The notes beneath the pieces were generated by a model, which was not told where the DNA came from, ran no database searches, and worked only from the letters and a program-made list of their open reading frames with translations. Position numbers and translations under genes: made by a program. This document shows, piece by piece, positions 49,100 to 62,741 of a stretch of 64,000 nt of DNA. Positions within the stretch are counted from its first letter, which is position 1, and every line of letters begins with the position of its first letter. The stretch comes from Torpedo marmorata (taxonomy: Eukaryota): assembly GCA_977017645.1 (NCBI GenBank), contig OZ360239.1, positions 29,078,001-29,142,000 on the forward strand, in the 5' to 3' direction.

Positions 49100-51655
49100 T
49101 ACAGGCTGCAAGTAGTTGGGTGACAACTTGGAAGAGTAAAGGGAGTAGGCACAATGCAGAGTTCCCCTGTGGTTCTTCCCCTTAGTAACGTGTACTGCTT
49201 TGGACACTACTGGGGTGGATGACCTATCAGAGGGTAGCAACAGCAGCCAGGTCATTGGCAACATGACTGTCTGTGAGGCTCAGCGAGGAAGGGTGAAGTC
49301 AGGTGGAACATTAGTAGTGGGTGACTTCATGGTCAGGGGAATAGATAAGAAGTTTCTGTGGCTGCAAGAAAGACTCCAGAATAGTGTGTTGCCTCCCTAG
49401 AGCCAGCGTTCAGGATGTCTCTGAGCGGGTACAGGACAAATTCTGAGAGGGGGGAGGGAGGAGCAACCAGAAGTTATGGTACTTATTGATACCAATAACA
49501 TAGGCAGAAAGGGAAATCTGGTCCTGCAGAACAAGTTCAGGGAGCTATTTAGTCAGTTAAAAATCAGGACTTCCAAGCTGTGATCTCATGCCACATGCTA
49601 GTGAAGCAAGAAAATGGAAGATAGTGCAGTTTAGTGTGTGGCCAAAAAGATGGTGCAGGGCAGAGGGAAGTCATACTTGGACTTTCTCCAGGGAAGGTGG
49701 GACCTGTCCAAGAGGAAGAGGTTACACCTGAACTGAAGCGGGCTCAATATCCTCATGGGGAAGTTCGCGAGTGCTACCGGTAAGAGTTTAAACTAGAGTG
49801 GCGAGTGGGGTGGGGGGGGGGGGGGGAAGAAACCTGAGCAACAGGACAGCAAGTGGAGGAGTAAACAAGCCTGAAAGGACATGAAAGGACAGATGAATGG
49901 TCACGGCAAGACTGGTGGGCTGAAGTGAGTTTATTTTAATGCCAGGAGTATTGTGGGCCAGGCAGACAAACGCAGAGTCGGTATTCAGAATGATGACTGC
50001 AAGAGACAGGATTGGCAGCTCAATGTTCCTTGGTTTCAGGTGTTTTAGAGGTGGTGGTAAAAGAGGTAGAGGTGCAGAATTGCTAATCAGGAAATGTCAC
50101 AGCTGCACTCAAAGAGGACCCAAAGGTGGGCTCACCCACTGAGGCAGTGTGGATAGAGATCAGAAATAACAAAGGTGCAATCACTCTGATAGGTCTATAC
50201 TAACCACTGGGAGGTGGAGGCACAGATAAATCAACAGATTATGGAAAGTTGCAAAAACACAGTTGTCATAGTGGGAGACTTTAATTTCACCAATATTGAC
50301 TGGGACATCATTCGTGCCAGAGGCTCAGATGGGCTAAAATTTGGTAAGTGTGTCCAGGAGGGTTTCTTGAAGCAGCATGTAGATAGTCCAACCAGCAAGA
50401 GGCCCATACTTGACCTTGGATTAGCAAATGAGCCAGGTTAGGTGATCGGAGGTTCACTGAGGTAACATTTTGGGAATAGTGATCACTCTTCCTTAAGTTT
50501 CAATATAGTTGTGGACAAGGATAAGCCTAGGCCTTGTAGAAAAGTACTTAATTGGGCGAGGGCAAATCATACCATGGATAGACAGAAGCTAGAAGGCATA
50601 AGATGGGGAGCTGCTGTTATTGGGCATGCCAACAACCAACTTTTGGGAGTTGCTAGAGGACCAACTAATTAGACTTATTTGGGCTAGAGCCTGTGACAAG
50701 TTTTTGGGTCCCCCTGTTGCTTGTGATATATACATTTAAATAACTTGATGAAAAAGTGGATGGGTGTGTTATTAAGTTTGCAGACGATACAAAGTTTGGT
50801 GGAGTTGTAGACAGTGCAGAAGTTTATCAAAGAGTACACCAGCAGAGGGATCAGTTACAGATATGGGCAGAGAAATGGTGGATGGGAGTTGAATCTGGAC
50901 AAGTGTGAGCTGTTGAAATTTGGGAGGTCAAATGTACAAGGAACGTATAGTTAATGATAGAACTCTTAAAAGTATTGATGTGCAAAGGGATCTGGGGGGA
51001 AAGAACCAGAGGGCATTGAAATTAGCCACGCAAATAGGGTGGTAAAGAAAGTGTATGGTATGCTTGGCTTCATTGGGCGGGGCATGGAGTATAAACGGAA
51101 GGAGGTCTTGCTGCAGCTTTGGTGAGGCTGCACATGATAAAGTGCGCAATTCTGGTCACCCCATTAGATGGATGTGGAGGCTTTTGAAAGGGTACTGAAG
51201 AGGTTTACCAGGATGTTGCCTGGTTTAGAGGGCATAATTAATGGGGAGAGATTGGACAAACGGGTTCTTTTCTCTGGAGCTTCAGAGGTTGAGGGGCTAC
51301 CTGATAGAGGTGAATAAAATAATGAGAGGCATTGATAGGGAGGACAGTGAGAATTATTTCCCCCAGGGTAAAGAGATCACATTCTAGAGGACATGTATTT
51401 TAAGGTGGGGGGGCGGGATTTAAGGGAGACAGGTGGGGCAAATATTTTACGCAGAGAGTGGCAGGTGCCTATAACGTGCTGCCAGGAGTAGTGGTGGAAG
51501 CAGATACAAGAGTAGCATTTAAGAGGCTTCTGGATAGACACATGAATATGAAACGAATGTAGGGATATCTATCAGGTGTAAGCAGCAGATTCTTAGTTTG
51601 ATTTAGGCATCATAGGCCGAAAGACCTGCTCCTATACTGTACTGGTCTATGTTCA
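49100..51655 (+). mobile_element. Older CR1 LINE with internal deletion (ORF1 esterase, APE, RT 3' part, tail)
   Basis: VVGDFMVRG (GDS-like block), VIVGDFNFTNIDWD, aagtttgcagacgatacaaag (KFADDTK), 3' end ctgtactggtctatgttc. Confidence 0.88.
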
Positions 51656-51799
51656 ATCTTTTGTATTATCTCTTTCCATGCTGAATTTTAGTGTATACCA
51701 CTGGAGGTTTTTTTTTTAAACAAAGTACTTGTTTGGCTGCAGCAAGAATTTCAGTGCATCTGCACATTGTACCTATGTGTACGACAATAAACTCATCAT

Positions 51800-51930
51800 T
51801 ATTAACCGCATCCTTTCTATCTCCTGCATATTTGCTCGTATCCCCTTTCCTTCACAACATAAAAGTAGGTTTCTGCTCGTCCCCACCTCCATAATTTCCA
51901 CTACTTTCAACACCATGCCACCACCACACC
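51800..51930 (+). mobile_element. Highly decayed Penelope RT C-terminal fragment
   Basis: NRILSISCIFARIPFPSQHKSRFLLVPT resembles TRISSISCSSALAPSAPRRNKHRIPLILT of the 31 kb element. Confidence 0.45.
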
Positions 51931-53741
51931 CTGCCCGAAGGGAAAGCACACTCCTTGGTTACACACAAACATGTGAACGAGGGGCAACAGTAGGCTCTCT
52001 GCCCCTTAGATTTGTGCTGCCATTCAATAATATCCTGGCTGATCTAAATGCAACTTCAACTAGATTCCCTCCTATTGGTGGTAACTTTCATCTTTTCTTG
52101 TCAAGAATCTTATCGTTTCATGGTTAAACATAGTAAAAAGGTCTTCAATTTTTTTTTTCTCTCTCTCCAGTTGCTGCCTGATGCGCTGAATATATCCCAC
52201 ACTATTTTTATTTCTGACTTCCAGCCTGTTGCATTTTACTTTCCAAAATTCCTGAATTATTTATTTCCCCTTTCCACTCCTATATTTACATCTCCTCCAG
52301 ACAACTCAACTGCATCTCCAAGCCATCACCAGCCTCAATCACAAACCACAGCCCTGCACTATTTAGTCTCCACCCCTTTCCCTTCTCAGAGATTTAAAAC
52401 GTGCTTCATCTTTAGACTTTGTGTCGTGTGATAAAACATCATCATCACCCTTGAACATTGAGTCAATTTTTCCTCCATAGATGCTACATGACCTGATCAG
52501 TACTTCCAGCATTTTCTGTCTTACAACTAGCAAAAGAATTGAGGGAAGGGAAGAGTGAAATCCAAAGATAATAGAGATCTCTCCTGAATAAAGGATTTCC
52601 TATCCTTTATGAAGCCGCTGAATACTTAACGCGATGATTTCAAACAATGGACCAGCGCTGCTCCATTGAAATGCGACGTATACTATAAATTCAACAGAAT
52701 GCTTCTCCTTGTGACAGGCATCAGTGAAACAGAAGTGTAGGATGAGTTAGGGCTGTATTAAGACAGCTACATACATTGCCAATGCTCTTTAAATAGCCAT
52801 AATCTAAATGAAATGAGATGTTATCCAATCAAAATAATTTTAAAAGTCCATGGATTCCAAGAAACATCTACAATAGCTCATTTATCTATTATATATGAGC
52901 ACCATTTCAATGGAACTAGCCCTGGAGGCTGGTTTTGAGCATCACGTTATGTGACTCATTAAGTTAGATATTCCTAACCTTACGCGACAGGCTGCTTAAT
53001 GTTCCTTCCACCCCACCAAACATCGAGAGGCAGCAATTATATTTTATTTCCAAGATCCAGTCCCCAAATGAGCTCCAAAACTCTCCAGACAGGTTAAACA
53101 TCATCTAATCATCAAATAATTTTGCACTATTATGATCCCAAAGATTCATTTTCCGTTGACGCAGCAAGTGGCACCGGAGAAAGCCTTCAGAATCTAGTCC
53201 TCATTTAAATGTCCTAACGCAAATCTCCATGAACATTAATTAGATTTTTATATCTTGGAAGCAACTGTGCTGGAGCTCAACATCTCCGACGCAAAAGCAA
53301 TCCAATGTTGTGAGAAGTAAATAGCTCTTCCATCTATCGATCCCCATACACAAGAGACAAAAATGGTGTAAATCCTTCACAATTTTAAAAAAGCCGATTT
53401 TTCAGCCAGTGCATTTCCCAACAAGCAACCACAACTGCCACAAAGAAACCCCATCAGTCCCTTGACCCAGTGTATTTCACCATCTTGCATTCAAATTACC
53501 TTTTCCCTTATTTATTCACAGGATGTGCATGTTTACTTCAGTATTTTACCATGGGCATCATACTTACTTCCCATCCTTGTATAACCGGAAAACGTTATTT
53601 CAGAGAGCAATAAAAAGTTAAGCACATTGCTGTACATCAGTAGTCACATGAAAGGCAAGCAGGCATAGAAAACTACATTTTCAGAGGGAGAATACCAAAG
53701 CAGGTGGACATCTGCTATCAGTTTAGGAAAATGGTATTACT

Positions 53742-54123
53742 CAAAGTTCAAATTTATTGTCAGACTACATACATGACATCACATACAACCCTGAGATTCT
53801 TTTTCCTGCGGGCAAGGCTGAATTACCACTTATTGGTAGTGCAAAAAAAAACTGTACTCAAGGAGATACGTATACATGTAAACAAACTGACTGCAATACA
53901 GAGAGAAAAATAAAATCAATGAGTGCAAGAGTAAGAGACCTTAAATGAGTCTCTGAGTTTTTAGTTGAGGAGTCTGATGGTGGAGGGGTAGCAGCTGTTC
54001 CTGAACCTGGTGGTGTGAGTCTTGTGGCACCTATAACTCTTTCCTAATGGCAGTAGCGAGAACAGAGCGTGCTGCTGCTCTCCGACTGCAGCAATCCCTG
54101 TAGATGTTCTTGGTGGTGGGGAG
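53742..54123 (-). mobile_element. Rex1/Babar LINE 3' fragment
   Basis: Reverse complement of 6290-6727 with internal deletions. Confidence 0.85.
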
Positions 54124-54271
54124 TTCAAATATCACAGCTGTCATGGAGCGGTTCAAACTTTTTGTCTCCAAACTAACTCTGAGCCTTCAGACATGAACTT
54201 GAACACTAGGCGATTGCAGGATAAATGATTCTACATCCCCATCTGAACTCGCTCTCATAGGATCATTTTCC

Positions 54272-54731
54272 TTTTTTTTTGGGATATTTTATTTTAAATT
54301 TTTACACAGTAATACATACATGAATAGTATAGATTATTGACTTCAAAATTTTTTTTATAATATTGCATTACAGTGTATTCTACCCCTTCCCTTATCCCCT
54401 CAAACTCTTAACATTTTTAAACAGTTTAAATTAAAATATTTGCTTAGTATTTCCAATCCCACCCTCTACCCACTCCCTCCCCTTAAATTCCCTCCCCTTC
54501 CTAAAATCTACAAAAGAAAGAAGGAATAAGAAAAAAGTAATATAATGTTACTTATAAAAGACATCTATATGGATCGCCTCAGAATCCAGAGTTCGACGCA
54601 AGGTTTTCAACAGTGTTTTTATTATTTAAATTTGAGAGAGTTAGCATAAGGTCCAGGATTTGGAATAACACATTTACGTATTTATACCTAACGTCTGGAT
54701 ATATGGATGCCAAATTTGCAAAAATACCCCG
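54272..54731 (-). mobile_element. L1-clade LINE 3' fragment with poly(A) and 14-bp TSD
   Basis: TSD taggatcattttcc at 54258-54271 and 54732-54745; T9 at 54272-54280 with AATAAA nearby on minus; ORF2 end GVFLQIWHPYIQTLGINT*. Confidence 0.75.
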
Positions 54732-57700
54732 TAGGATCATTTTCCAAGGAAAGGATCAATTATCAAATATTAAACAAAATAAAACGTACAAGATCCAACA
54801 GCTTACTTAGGGTCATGATTGCAGACAATGAGCCACAGTGGTCTCAGGGCACATCTGGTTGGACCTCTTGGCTGTGCTGTCAATGCAGAAAGACAGGAAG
54901 GAAAGTTGAGCTTCAGCTGTCAATGTCCTCTGCAGCACATTGGGTGCATGGTCAAGGACCAGCTCTCTCACCCGGTTTCAAACAGCCTTAAGCTTACTAT
55001 TTATTAGTGCAGCAAGAGCAGCAATTTGAAAGGCCTACCCCTTACCCGCTAGTAAAATCATTTGCCAGCATAAGCAGCTACTTTCTAGGAGAGGAACGTA
55101 GGAAGGGAATAAAACTCCACTTTATGTCTGCAACAATCTCAACACGTTTTAAAACCTATTTGTACAGCCATATAATACAGCAATAACCATACACAATAAG
55201 TAACTTAACAGGGAAATTTTTATATCGACTTTTATATGATTTTGTGCATCTGTCCGTTACCAGAAACTCTGCACACACATTGGTTTAAAATTATGCAACC
55301 AAAGCATAATTATGATGCATAATTCTTTATTATGCAACATAATTCTCAAAGTCCCAGCATAATCTTTCTGTTAACAGCAAAGGTTTCTCTCTCAGTTCTA
55401 CAACTGCAGACATATTATTTAAGCATTTCCTGAGAAAATCTGAAAAAAATCTATTAGCACCTTCGGATAACTGCAATTTGCAAGAGAATCTATGAAATGA
55501 TATGAAATCAATGCCACGATCAGGAACCTTTCAGGGCCTGAGGCCCTTCAGGGCCTCCCCTTGCCCTCAGAACTCTATCAAATCCTGGTTCTGATACCTG
55601 GCTCCCATGAGCCAATCTCCAGCAGCCCGTGTGGGTCCTTCAGCCGCTGAGCCCCTGGCTGGTTCGCTGTCGTGATCACCGTCCTGTAGGGTCATCTCCC
55701 ATTCTTCCCCTTCTCAACAGTGGGGGTGGGGGGGGGAGAAAGAGAGAGCGTTATTCCCGTTTCTGGTCCCCTGCGCCAGTCCGCTGCTCCCATGGATTCT
55801 GCAACCCTTCACGGCTGCCGCCGAGCACAAGCGCCTCCACGTTGGGATCAGACATCCGCAGTTGCAGGATTTTACTCAAAAGCCCATTGACTCCTTTAGC
55901 AGGCCGTTTAAAGCCTGTGCAGACATTAGACCAGGCAATTTAACCCTTCGGAGCAGCGCTCGTCTCCAGTCTTTGTTCTCCCGTGTCTGCAACCAGTGAC
56001 AGCAATTCTGGCTGTGCCGCCTTTTTTGTTGTGCACAAAAATCCCGTATTTGCATTAAAAAAAAGCAATTACTTCTAGATAGGAAAAGCCTTTCATAGTG
56101 CGACGGTATCTCTAAACAACTTTCATTCGCGTCAGTCAACTTGTGCCAATTATAGGCTAAACTGCTGGTGTGGGCCCAGGGTAATTCTAGCCCCTCCTTT
56201 TCTGAATAATTATGAACTAAAAGTAGTTTAACTTTTAGAGGATGCTGTCAATAACCAAAACCATTCTGAAATACAAACATGGTCTTCTGAGCTCCAGTGG
56301 CATCCAAGACCCACTTTCCTGTACATCTTAAGAGCTACAGCCGATTTAGTTGTGCCTGTATATCTTCATGGCCAGTGGCTGCAGAGTGCTTTGAAATTCC
56401 CACTCTGCGCAAAAGAGCTTTAAGCAATACAGGTGATTGTAATGTGTTGGGTTTTGCACTTGCACTGCAAGGAGACTGAAAAATCACAATACGATTTCAA
56501 GCTCGCAACTCCTGACCCTCTTTCTAGCAAACCTATCTTTTAATTAAGGTGGTCAGGACCACATGTGATGAGCAATTCTCAGTTTTATTTGCAGGGAGTG
56601 GTAGTTAGAAATCACATCTGGTGAAACCTATCCCATTTAAAACAGCTGCTTAACATTGATTTGCATTAAAGTTTGTCCTGTAAAGATTCTCTACAACCCA
56701 CTGCTCTGCTTCCTTCTGACAGTCCTGGAGCTTTTCCAAATTGGAACGCAGACAGACATTAGATTACAACACCACCTGCAATATCGCCACTTTCCAGAAT
56801 TTGTTTACACAGATACAGTTGAAAAATACAAAAATCATTCAACTGTTACCATCTGCCTCATCTCAATGGCCCATAGTCCAATTTCCCTCCAGAACCTATG
56901 CCGAATACTTGAAGAACAACAGATAAAAATGCATTAGGGTCATGAAGAAAGAAAGAATATCAACTCTTTCAAGTTAGCAGTAAAATGGTAGCAATTATAT
57001 ATTTTTCCAAGCAACTTTGGTGCTACCTACATACTCCTTTTGTTTATACCATTCTTCAGTTCCAACAATACTTTCCTAAACACCCATAAAGTCTCCAGTC
57101 AACTGTCAATTTAAGCTCTTTTAATGGAGCCTGATCTGACAAGTACTGGTGCTGATGACATATAAATGAATGTTTGCTGAGGACCTCTGTGTTCACCCTT
57201 GACCTCTGTCCTGTAGATCACATTAAGCTTGACATTATCTTAGCATCAACTCAGAGAGCACAAGGCAGGAGGTCAGGATCAGGCTATGGCAACAACTTGA
57301 AATTGGAAAGGGAACAAATTTTACAATCAACGGGTAGAAAATGTTTCACAAAACTGCCTGTTTTCCAATGATGAAATCGAAGAATTAGCATTTGTAAAAT
57401 GATATCCATTGCCCAAAATACCAGAGTTTAAGTTGCTAACATAAGACCAATGTACCCATAAGGAGCACCTTGACATTGGTCAGAGAAGGCCTCATTCATT
57501 CCTCAGACAAATGAATAGATTGCCTCGTTGCTCATGTTGATGTATCACTGGTAGACACAGGTTAACAGGTGCAAAAAAAAATGCAGATTCATTCACACTC
57601 TCAAAAAAAAGCAGAATCATAGCCTATTAAAGAACTAATTGTGAGTAAACCAAATGGACAAAACTTCCAGTCAATTTAACAAATTTGACTTATGATAGAA

Positions 57701-58026
57701 ACCCTCCAGCTTATCAATCACAAATAACATCCAATAAGTTTTTTTTAAACAAAGAATCAAGCATTCACCGGATAACTGCCATTGTCGAAAAGCCCCAATG
57801 GGGCAATTATTTTAAAAATGTGAATGTGGGTGTGATAGCAGAGTGTGTGGCGAGGGGAGGTGGGGGAGGAAAAGGTGTTCCAGATGATAAAAACAGGGTT
57901 ATGCGAGTGCAGGAGGAGGGGAGCAAGAGGGCACAGGCAAGCAAAAATACAAGTGAATGCATGTTTGAGAGAGGCAGGCAAATACATGCAAGTGTGTGTG
58001 TATGGTGGCAGGGGGGTAGGGGAGTG

Positions 58027-58211
58027 TCTACTGATAGAGTGCAAGTGCTAATCCTGACCACTAGGGAGAGTCGGGAGATGAGCTGTGGCATCTTGAGTAG
58101 ATTCAAAATGAATGCCTCCACGAGGTCTTGTCTGTGTGTGTGTTCCAGCTAATAAATATAGCTGTTTTAAAATAACCCATGTTTCTTTATTACAATAAAA
58201 GAAACATCACA
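58027..58211 (+). repeat. 5' LTR (185 bp; terminal TG mutated to TC)
   Basis: Direct repeat of 62742-62935, ends ...catcaca. Confidence 0.9.
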
Positions 58212-58225
58212 TGGTACCAGGAGTG
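58212..58225 (+). other. Primer binding site, tRNA-Leu(UAA)-like
   Basis: TGGTACCAGGAGTG complements the recalled 3' end (...CACTCCTGGTACCA) of vertebrate tRNA-Leu-TAA. Confidence 0.75.
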
Positions 58226-58248
58226 AGAATCAGTTGATATCAGCAGAT

Positions 58249-61200
58249 ATGGAGAGTGTAAAGGCCCCTGACGCTGTAAATTGGACTGGAAATGTCGTCC
58301 ACGAGTGGAGGTTGTTCAAACGAAGATTCATGCTGTGCCTACAAGCCATTGGACTCGATAGCAAACCTGATGCACTGAAGATTGCACTGCTACTTCCCGT
58401 GGCGGGACCTCAAGCACTAGAGTTTTTCAATACATTTGTTTTTGCCGAGGCAGAAGACAAGGGCAAGTTCAACAAAGTTATCGAGATGTTTGATGAACAC
58501 TGATCACCAAAGAAAAATGAAACGTTCGAGAGGTACGTGTTTCGTTCGCACATGCAGCTGCAGGGAGAGAGCTTTGATACTTGTTTAAAAAATAAACGGA
58601 CTTAAAATTAAAAGCAAGAACATGCAATTTTGGATCGCTGCAAGATTCAATTATCCGTGCTCAAATTGTGTTCGGGATTATTGATAAGAAAGTGAGAGAG
58701 AGGCTTCTGCGAGAGACAGAGCTTACCTTAGCTGGAGCTGTGAAGATATGCCATGCCAGTGAATTAGCTCTGCAGCACATGAAAAAGTTTGGTGAGAGTG
58801 CAAAAGCCAGTGAAAACGAAGGCATAGCCGAGGCAACAGTGTGTGACCACACACAAACAAAAAACGAGATATAGGAAACAACAAAAAGCTGGAGAGACAT
58901 TCAAGTGCAAACGATGCGGCACTCAACATGCATCAAAACAATGCACCGCCTATGGAAAAGTCTGTAATAAGTGCAAAGGGCAGAATTACTATGCAAAGCA
59001 AAGTCTTTCTAAAGGGAAACAAAACAGAAGTGAAAGCGTGCACACTGTACATACTATAGAAGAAACTGTCCTCAGTGATACACTTTTCATTGGCATGGTA
59101 GTGCAGGAAGATTATAAACCAACAGACACTGAACAGCCAAGCGTGAACAGAGTCGAGCAGGACAAGTGGACTGTATCATTCCATACAAATGGAACAAATA
59201 TTCCTTTCAAGCTGGACACAGGGGCAAAGGTCAATTTGATCTGTGAGCACGACATCAGGGCAATGAAGATAAAGCCATACATTCATGCAAATCCTGTACA
59301 GCTCAAAGCCTACAATGAACAGAGCATCGATACGAAAGGTACATGTAAACTCAAGGTGAAAGTTAAAGATAAAGAGCACCATCTCAGGTTCAGTCGTCCC
59401 AGATGGACATGAATCACTGCTTGGTGACAAAGCATGTGAAAACTTAAGCCTCGTCAAGAGGGTGTACCACATTAACAGTGACAATGCACGGAACAGCGTA
59501 GAGGAAATACTGGATCAATTTCCAGACACCTTCAAAGGGTTTGGAGTTCTACCATTCACCTATAAGATACAGTTAAAGGAGGACGCACAGCCAGTAGTGC
59601 ATGCCCCGAGGTAGGTTCCAGCGCCACTAAAAGAAAAGCTCAAGCAGGAACTCGACCGAATGACGGCACTAGGGGTCATAAAGAAAGTGGAGGAGCCCAC
59701 AGAATGGGTGAATTCAATGGTGTGTATCAAAAAGAAGAACGGTGACCTACGCGTGCGCATGGACCCAAAAGACTTGAATGCCAATATAAAGAGAGAACAT
59801 TACCAGATTCCGACCAGGGATGAAATTACAAGTGAGATGGCCGGTGCAAAGTTTTTCACTAAATTGGATGCATCCCAGAGCTTCTGGCAAATAAAACTGC
59901 ATGAAGATAGCACAAAATACTGTACATTTAACACACCGTTTGGCCGATACTCCTGTCTGAGGATGCCTTTTGGAATTTCCTCAGCTCCGGAAGTGTTCCA
60001 CAGGACAATGGAGCACATCATAGAAGGCATAAATGGGGTACGTGTGTACATGGATGACATGATCCTATGGGGATCCACACAAGAACAACACAATGAGAGG
60101 CTCATCAAAGTGCTACAACGCATCCAGAAGTATGGATTAAAGTTAAACAGAGAAAAATGTCAGTTTGGTGTGAAGGAAATCACCTTTCTGGGAGATAAAC
60201 TGTCAGAGGCAGGTGCGGAGCCAGACAAGAGCAAGGTGAAAGCAATTTTAGAGATGCCCACACCCACTGACAAAAAAGGCATATTGAGAGTGCTGGGAAT
60301 GATCAATTTCATTGGTAAATTCATACCAAACCTGTCTTCCAAAACAATGTACCTAAGGAAGTTGTTACAGGACAAATGTGAATTCAAGTGGATAGACAAC
60401 CACGAGGAAGAATGGGGATGACTGACGACCATTCTAACTATAGAACCAGTACTTTTGACGTTCTTTGATGCATCCAGAAGGACGAAAATATCCACAGACG
60501 CCTCAAAAGATGGAATAGGTGCCGTACTACTTCAGGCTGTGGGAGAAAATTGGAGGCCAGTAGCATACGCATCAAGGACGATGACAACGTCTGAATGTCG
60601 ATATGCACAGATCGAGAAAGAGTGTCTAGGTCTGGTCTATGGCAGAGACAGACGACAAGCCATTAATAGCGATAACCAAGAAAAATCTCAGTGAAATGTC
60701 GCCGAGAATCCAAAGACTGATGATGAAGCTACAACGTTATGACTTTGAATTGGTGAAAACACCAGGGAAACTTATTGTGTTAGCTGATGCGTTATCCAGG
60801 GCAACAATGCAGAGTGAAGCACACAATGAGAGTTCCAGAGACAGGTGTGAATCTCCACGTGAACCTGATCACTGAATCTCTTCCCGTATCTGACATGAAA
60901 TCCAAGCAGATCGCAGCTGAAACAGAAAAGGACACAGTTCTACAGAAGGTCATCAAGAATCTGAATGAAGGCTGGCAGAGAGGTGAATGTCAGCCATACT
61001 ACAACATCAGAGCTGAGCTGAGTGTTGTCAATGGGCTTCTACTCAGACAGAGCAGAATTATCATCCCTCAATCACTACGACAAGAGATGCTGAAAAGGGT
61101 GCATGAGGGGCACCTTGGAATGGAAAAATGCAAGAGGAGGGCCAGAACTGCTGTTTATTGGCCAGGGATAAACGCTGACATTGACAGAATGGTTTCAAGC

Positions 61201-62620
61201 TGTGAGACCCGTTCGAAACATCACGCAAAGCAGACAAAGGAACCCATGATAATAACTGACGTACCAGCAGAACCATGGCAGAAAGCTGGGACTGATCTGT
61301 TCCACATGGATGGAAAGAATTACTTGCTGGTTATTGACTATCTATCCAACTATCCGGAGATTGCGCTGCTTCCTAATATGTCTGCTGCTTGTGTGATCAA
61401 ATATATGAAATTGATCTTTGCAAGACATGGAATTCCTCAAATTGTCTACAGTGACAATGGACCATGCTACAGCTGTAGAGAATTCCAGAACTTAGACAAT
61501 AGGAGCTGGAGTAGGCCCTTCGGCCCGTCAAGCCAGCACCGCCATTTTACAGATCATGGCTGATCACTACTATCAGTACCCCTTTCCAGCCTTATCCCCA
61601 TAACCCTTAACTCCTCTGCCCACTAGAGTCTTATCTAACTCTCTTTTGAACATAATCAGTGAATCTGCCTCTACCACCCTCTGTGGCAGAGCATTCCACA
61701 GATTCACACTTCTCTGGGTAAAAAATGTTTTCCTCATCTCCGTCCTAAAGGGCCTTCCCTGTATTCTTAAACTATGCCCTCTAGTCCTCGTCTCCCCCAT
61801 CATTGGGAACAAGTAATCCGACTTCACCCTGTCTATCCCCTTGATAATTTTGTATACCTCAATCATGTCCCCCCTCATCCTTCTAAACTCCATCGGATAC
61901 AAGTCCAGTTTTTCTAGCCTTTCAACATATGTCAACCCTGCCATCCCTGGAACTAACCTTGTAAATCTGCAGAAGAGTATGATTTTCGACATGTGACTTC
62001 AAGTCCTCTGCATCCAGTCAAACAGTAAAGCAGAGAAAGGAGTTCACATAGTTAAACAGTTGCTCAAGAAAGCACTAGACAGTGGCTCAGACCCGTATCT
62101 AGCTCTATTGAGCTACAGAGCTTCGCCACTTGAACAGGGCATGTCACCCGCTGAGCTTCTGATGGGACGTAGACTACGCACCACACTTCCCTACTCTGCA
62201 GACCCAAACAAGAACAGAGATGTCGAAGATGTCAAACAGAAACAAAAACGTCTGCAATGGAGACAAAATGCAAACTATGACAAGTCAGCAAGAAGCTTAG
62301 GGCCACTGGCACAACATGACACAATGAGACTCAGAGATTCCAACACTTGGGACAAAAAGGCTACTGTTCTGGAGGAAGTAAATCCAAGATCCTACACTGT
62401 CAGAACAGAGGATGGTCAAATACTGAGGAGGAATCGAAAGAGCCTGCCGAAAACGCAAGAGACATTGCAGGAACAGACAAATGCAGAAGATCCAGCCTGC
62501 ACAGCAACAGAGGAAACACCACCAGTGCGAGACAGTAGGGGACCAGCAGAGCCGACCCAAGCACCTGTGTTAAGAAGATCCACACGTGTTATCAAAGCAC
62601 CTGACAGGCTGAATCTCTAA
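58249..62620 (+). pseudogene. gag-pol polyprotein, disrupted by stops, frameshifts and a CR1 insertion
   Basis: ORF pieces 58234-58503, 58668-58874, 58843-59412, 59660-60421, 60455-60875, 60787-61493, 62060-62620. Confidence 0.9.
61494..61967 (-). mobile_element. CR1 LINE 3' fragment nested in the Gypsy integrase
   Basis: RFTRLVPGM...RRMRGDMIEVYKI...TRGHSL...FFTQRSVNLWNALP; removing it restores integrase EFQNFAEEYDF. Confidence 0.92.
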
Positions 62621-62729
62621 AAGAAAAAGAACTGCACACTTAAAAAGTTTGTGCTTCAGATGTTTGTGTTGAACTTTAAATTGAAATGAACACAGTATTA
62701 GTGTGTCATGTTGTTAGATTAAACATCTC

Positions 62730-62741
62730 AAGGAAAGGGGA
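62730..62741 (+). other. Polypurine tract
   Basis: aaggaaagggga immediately before the 3' LTR. Confidence 0.85.

Noticed and set aside
55289-55355. Cluster of ATTATGC/GCATAAT short palindromic repeats
   Set aside because: AT-rich and short; cannot be distinguished from a decayed micro-duplication
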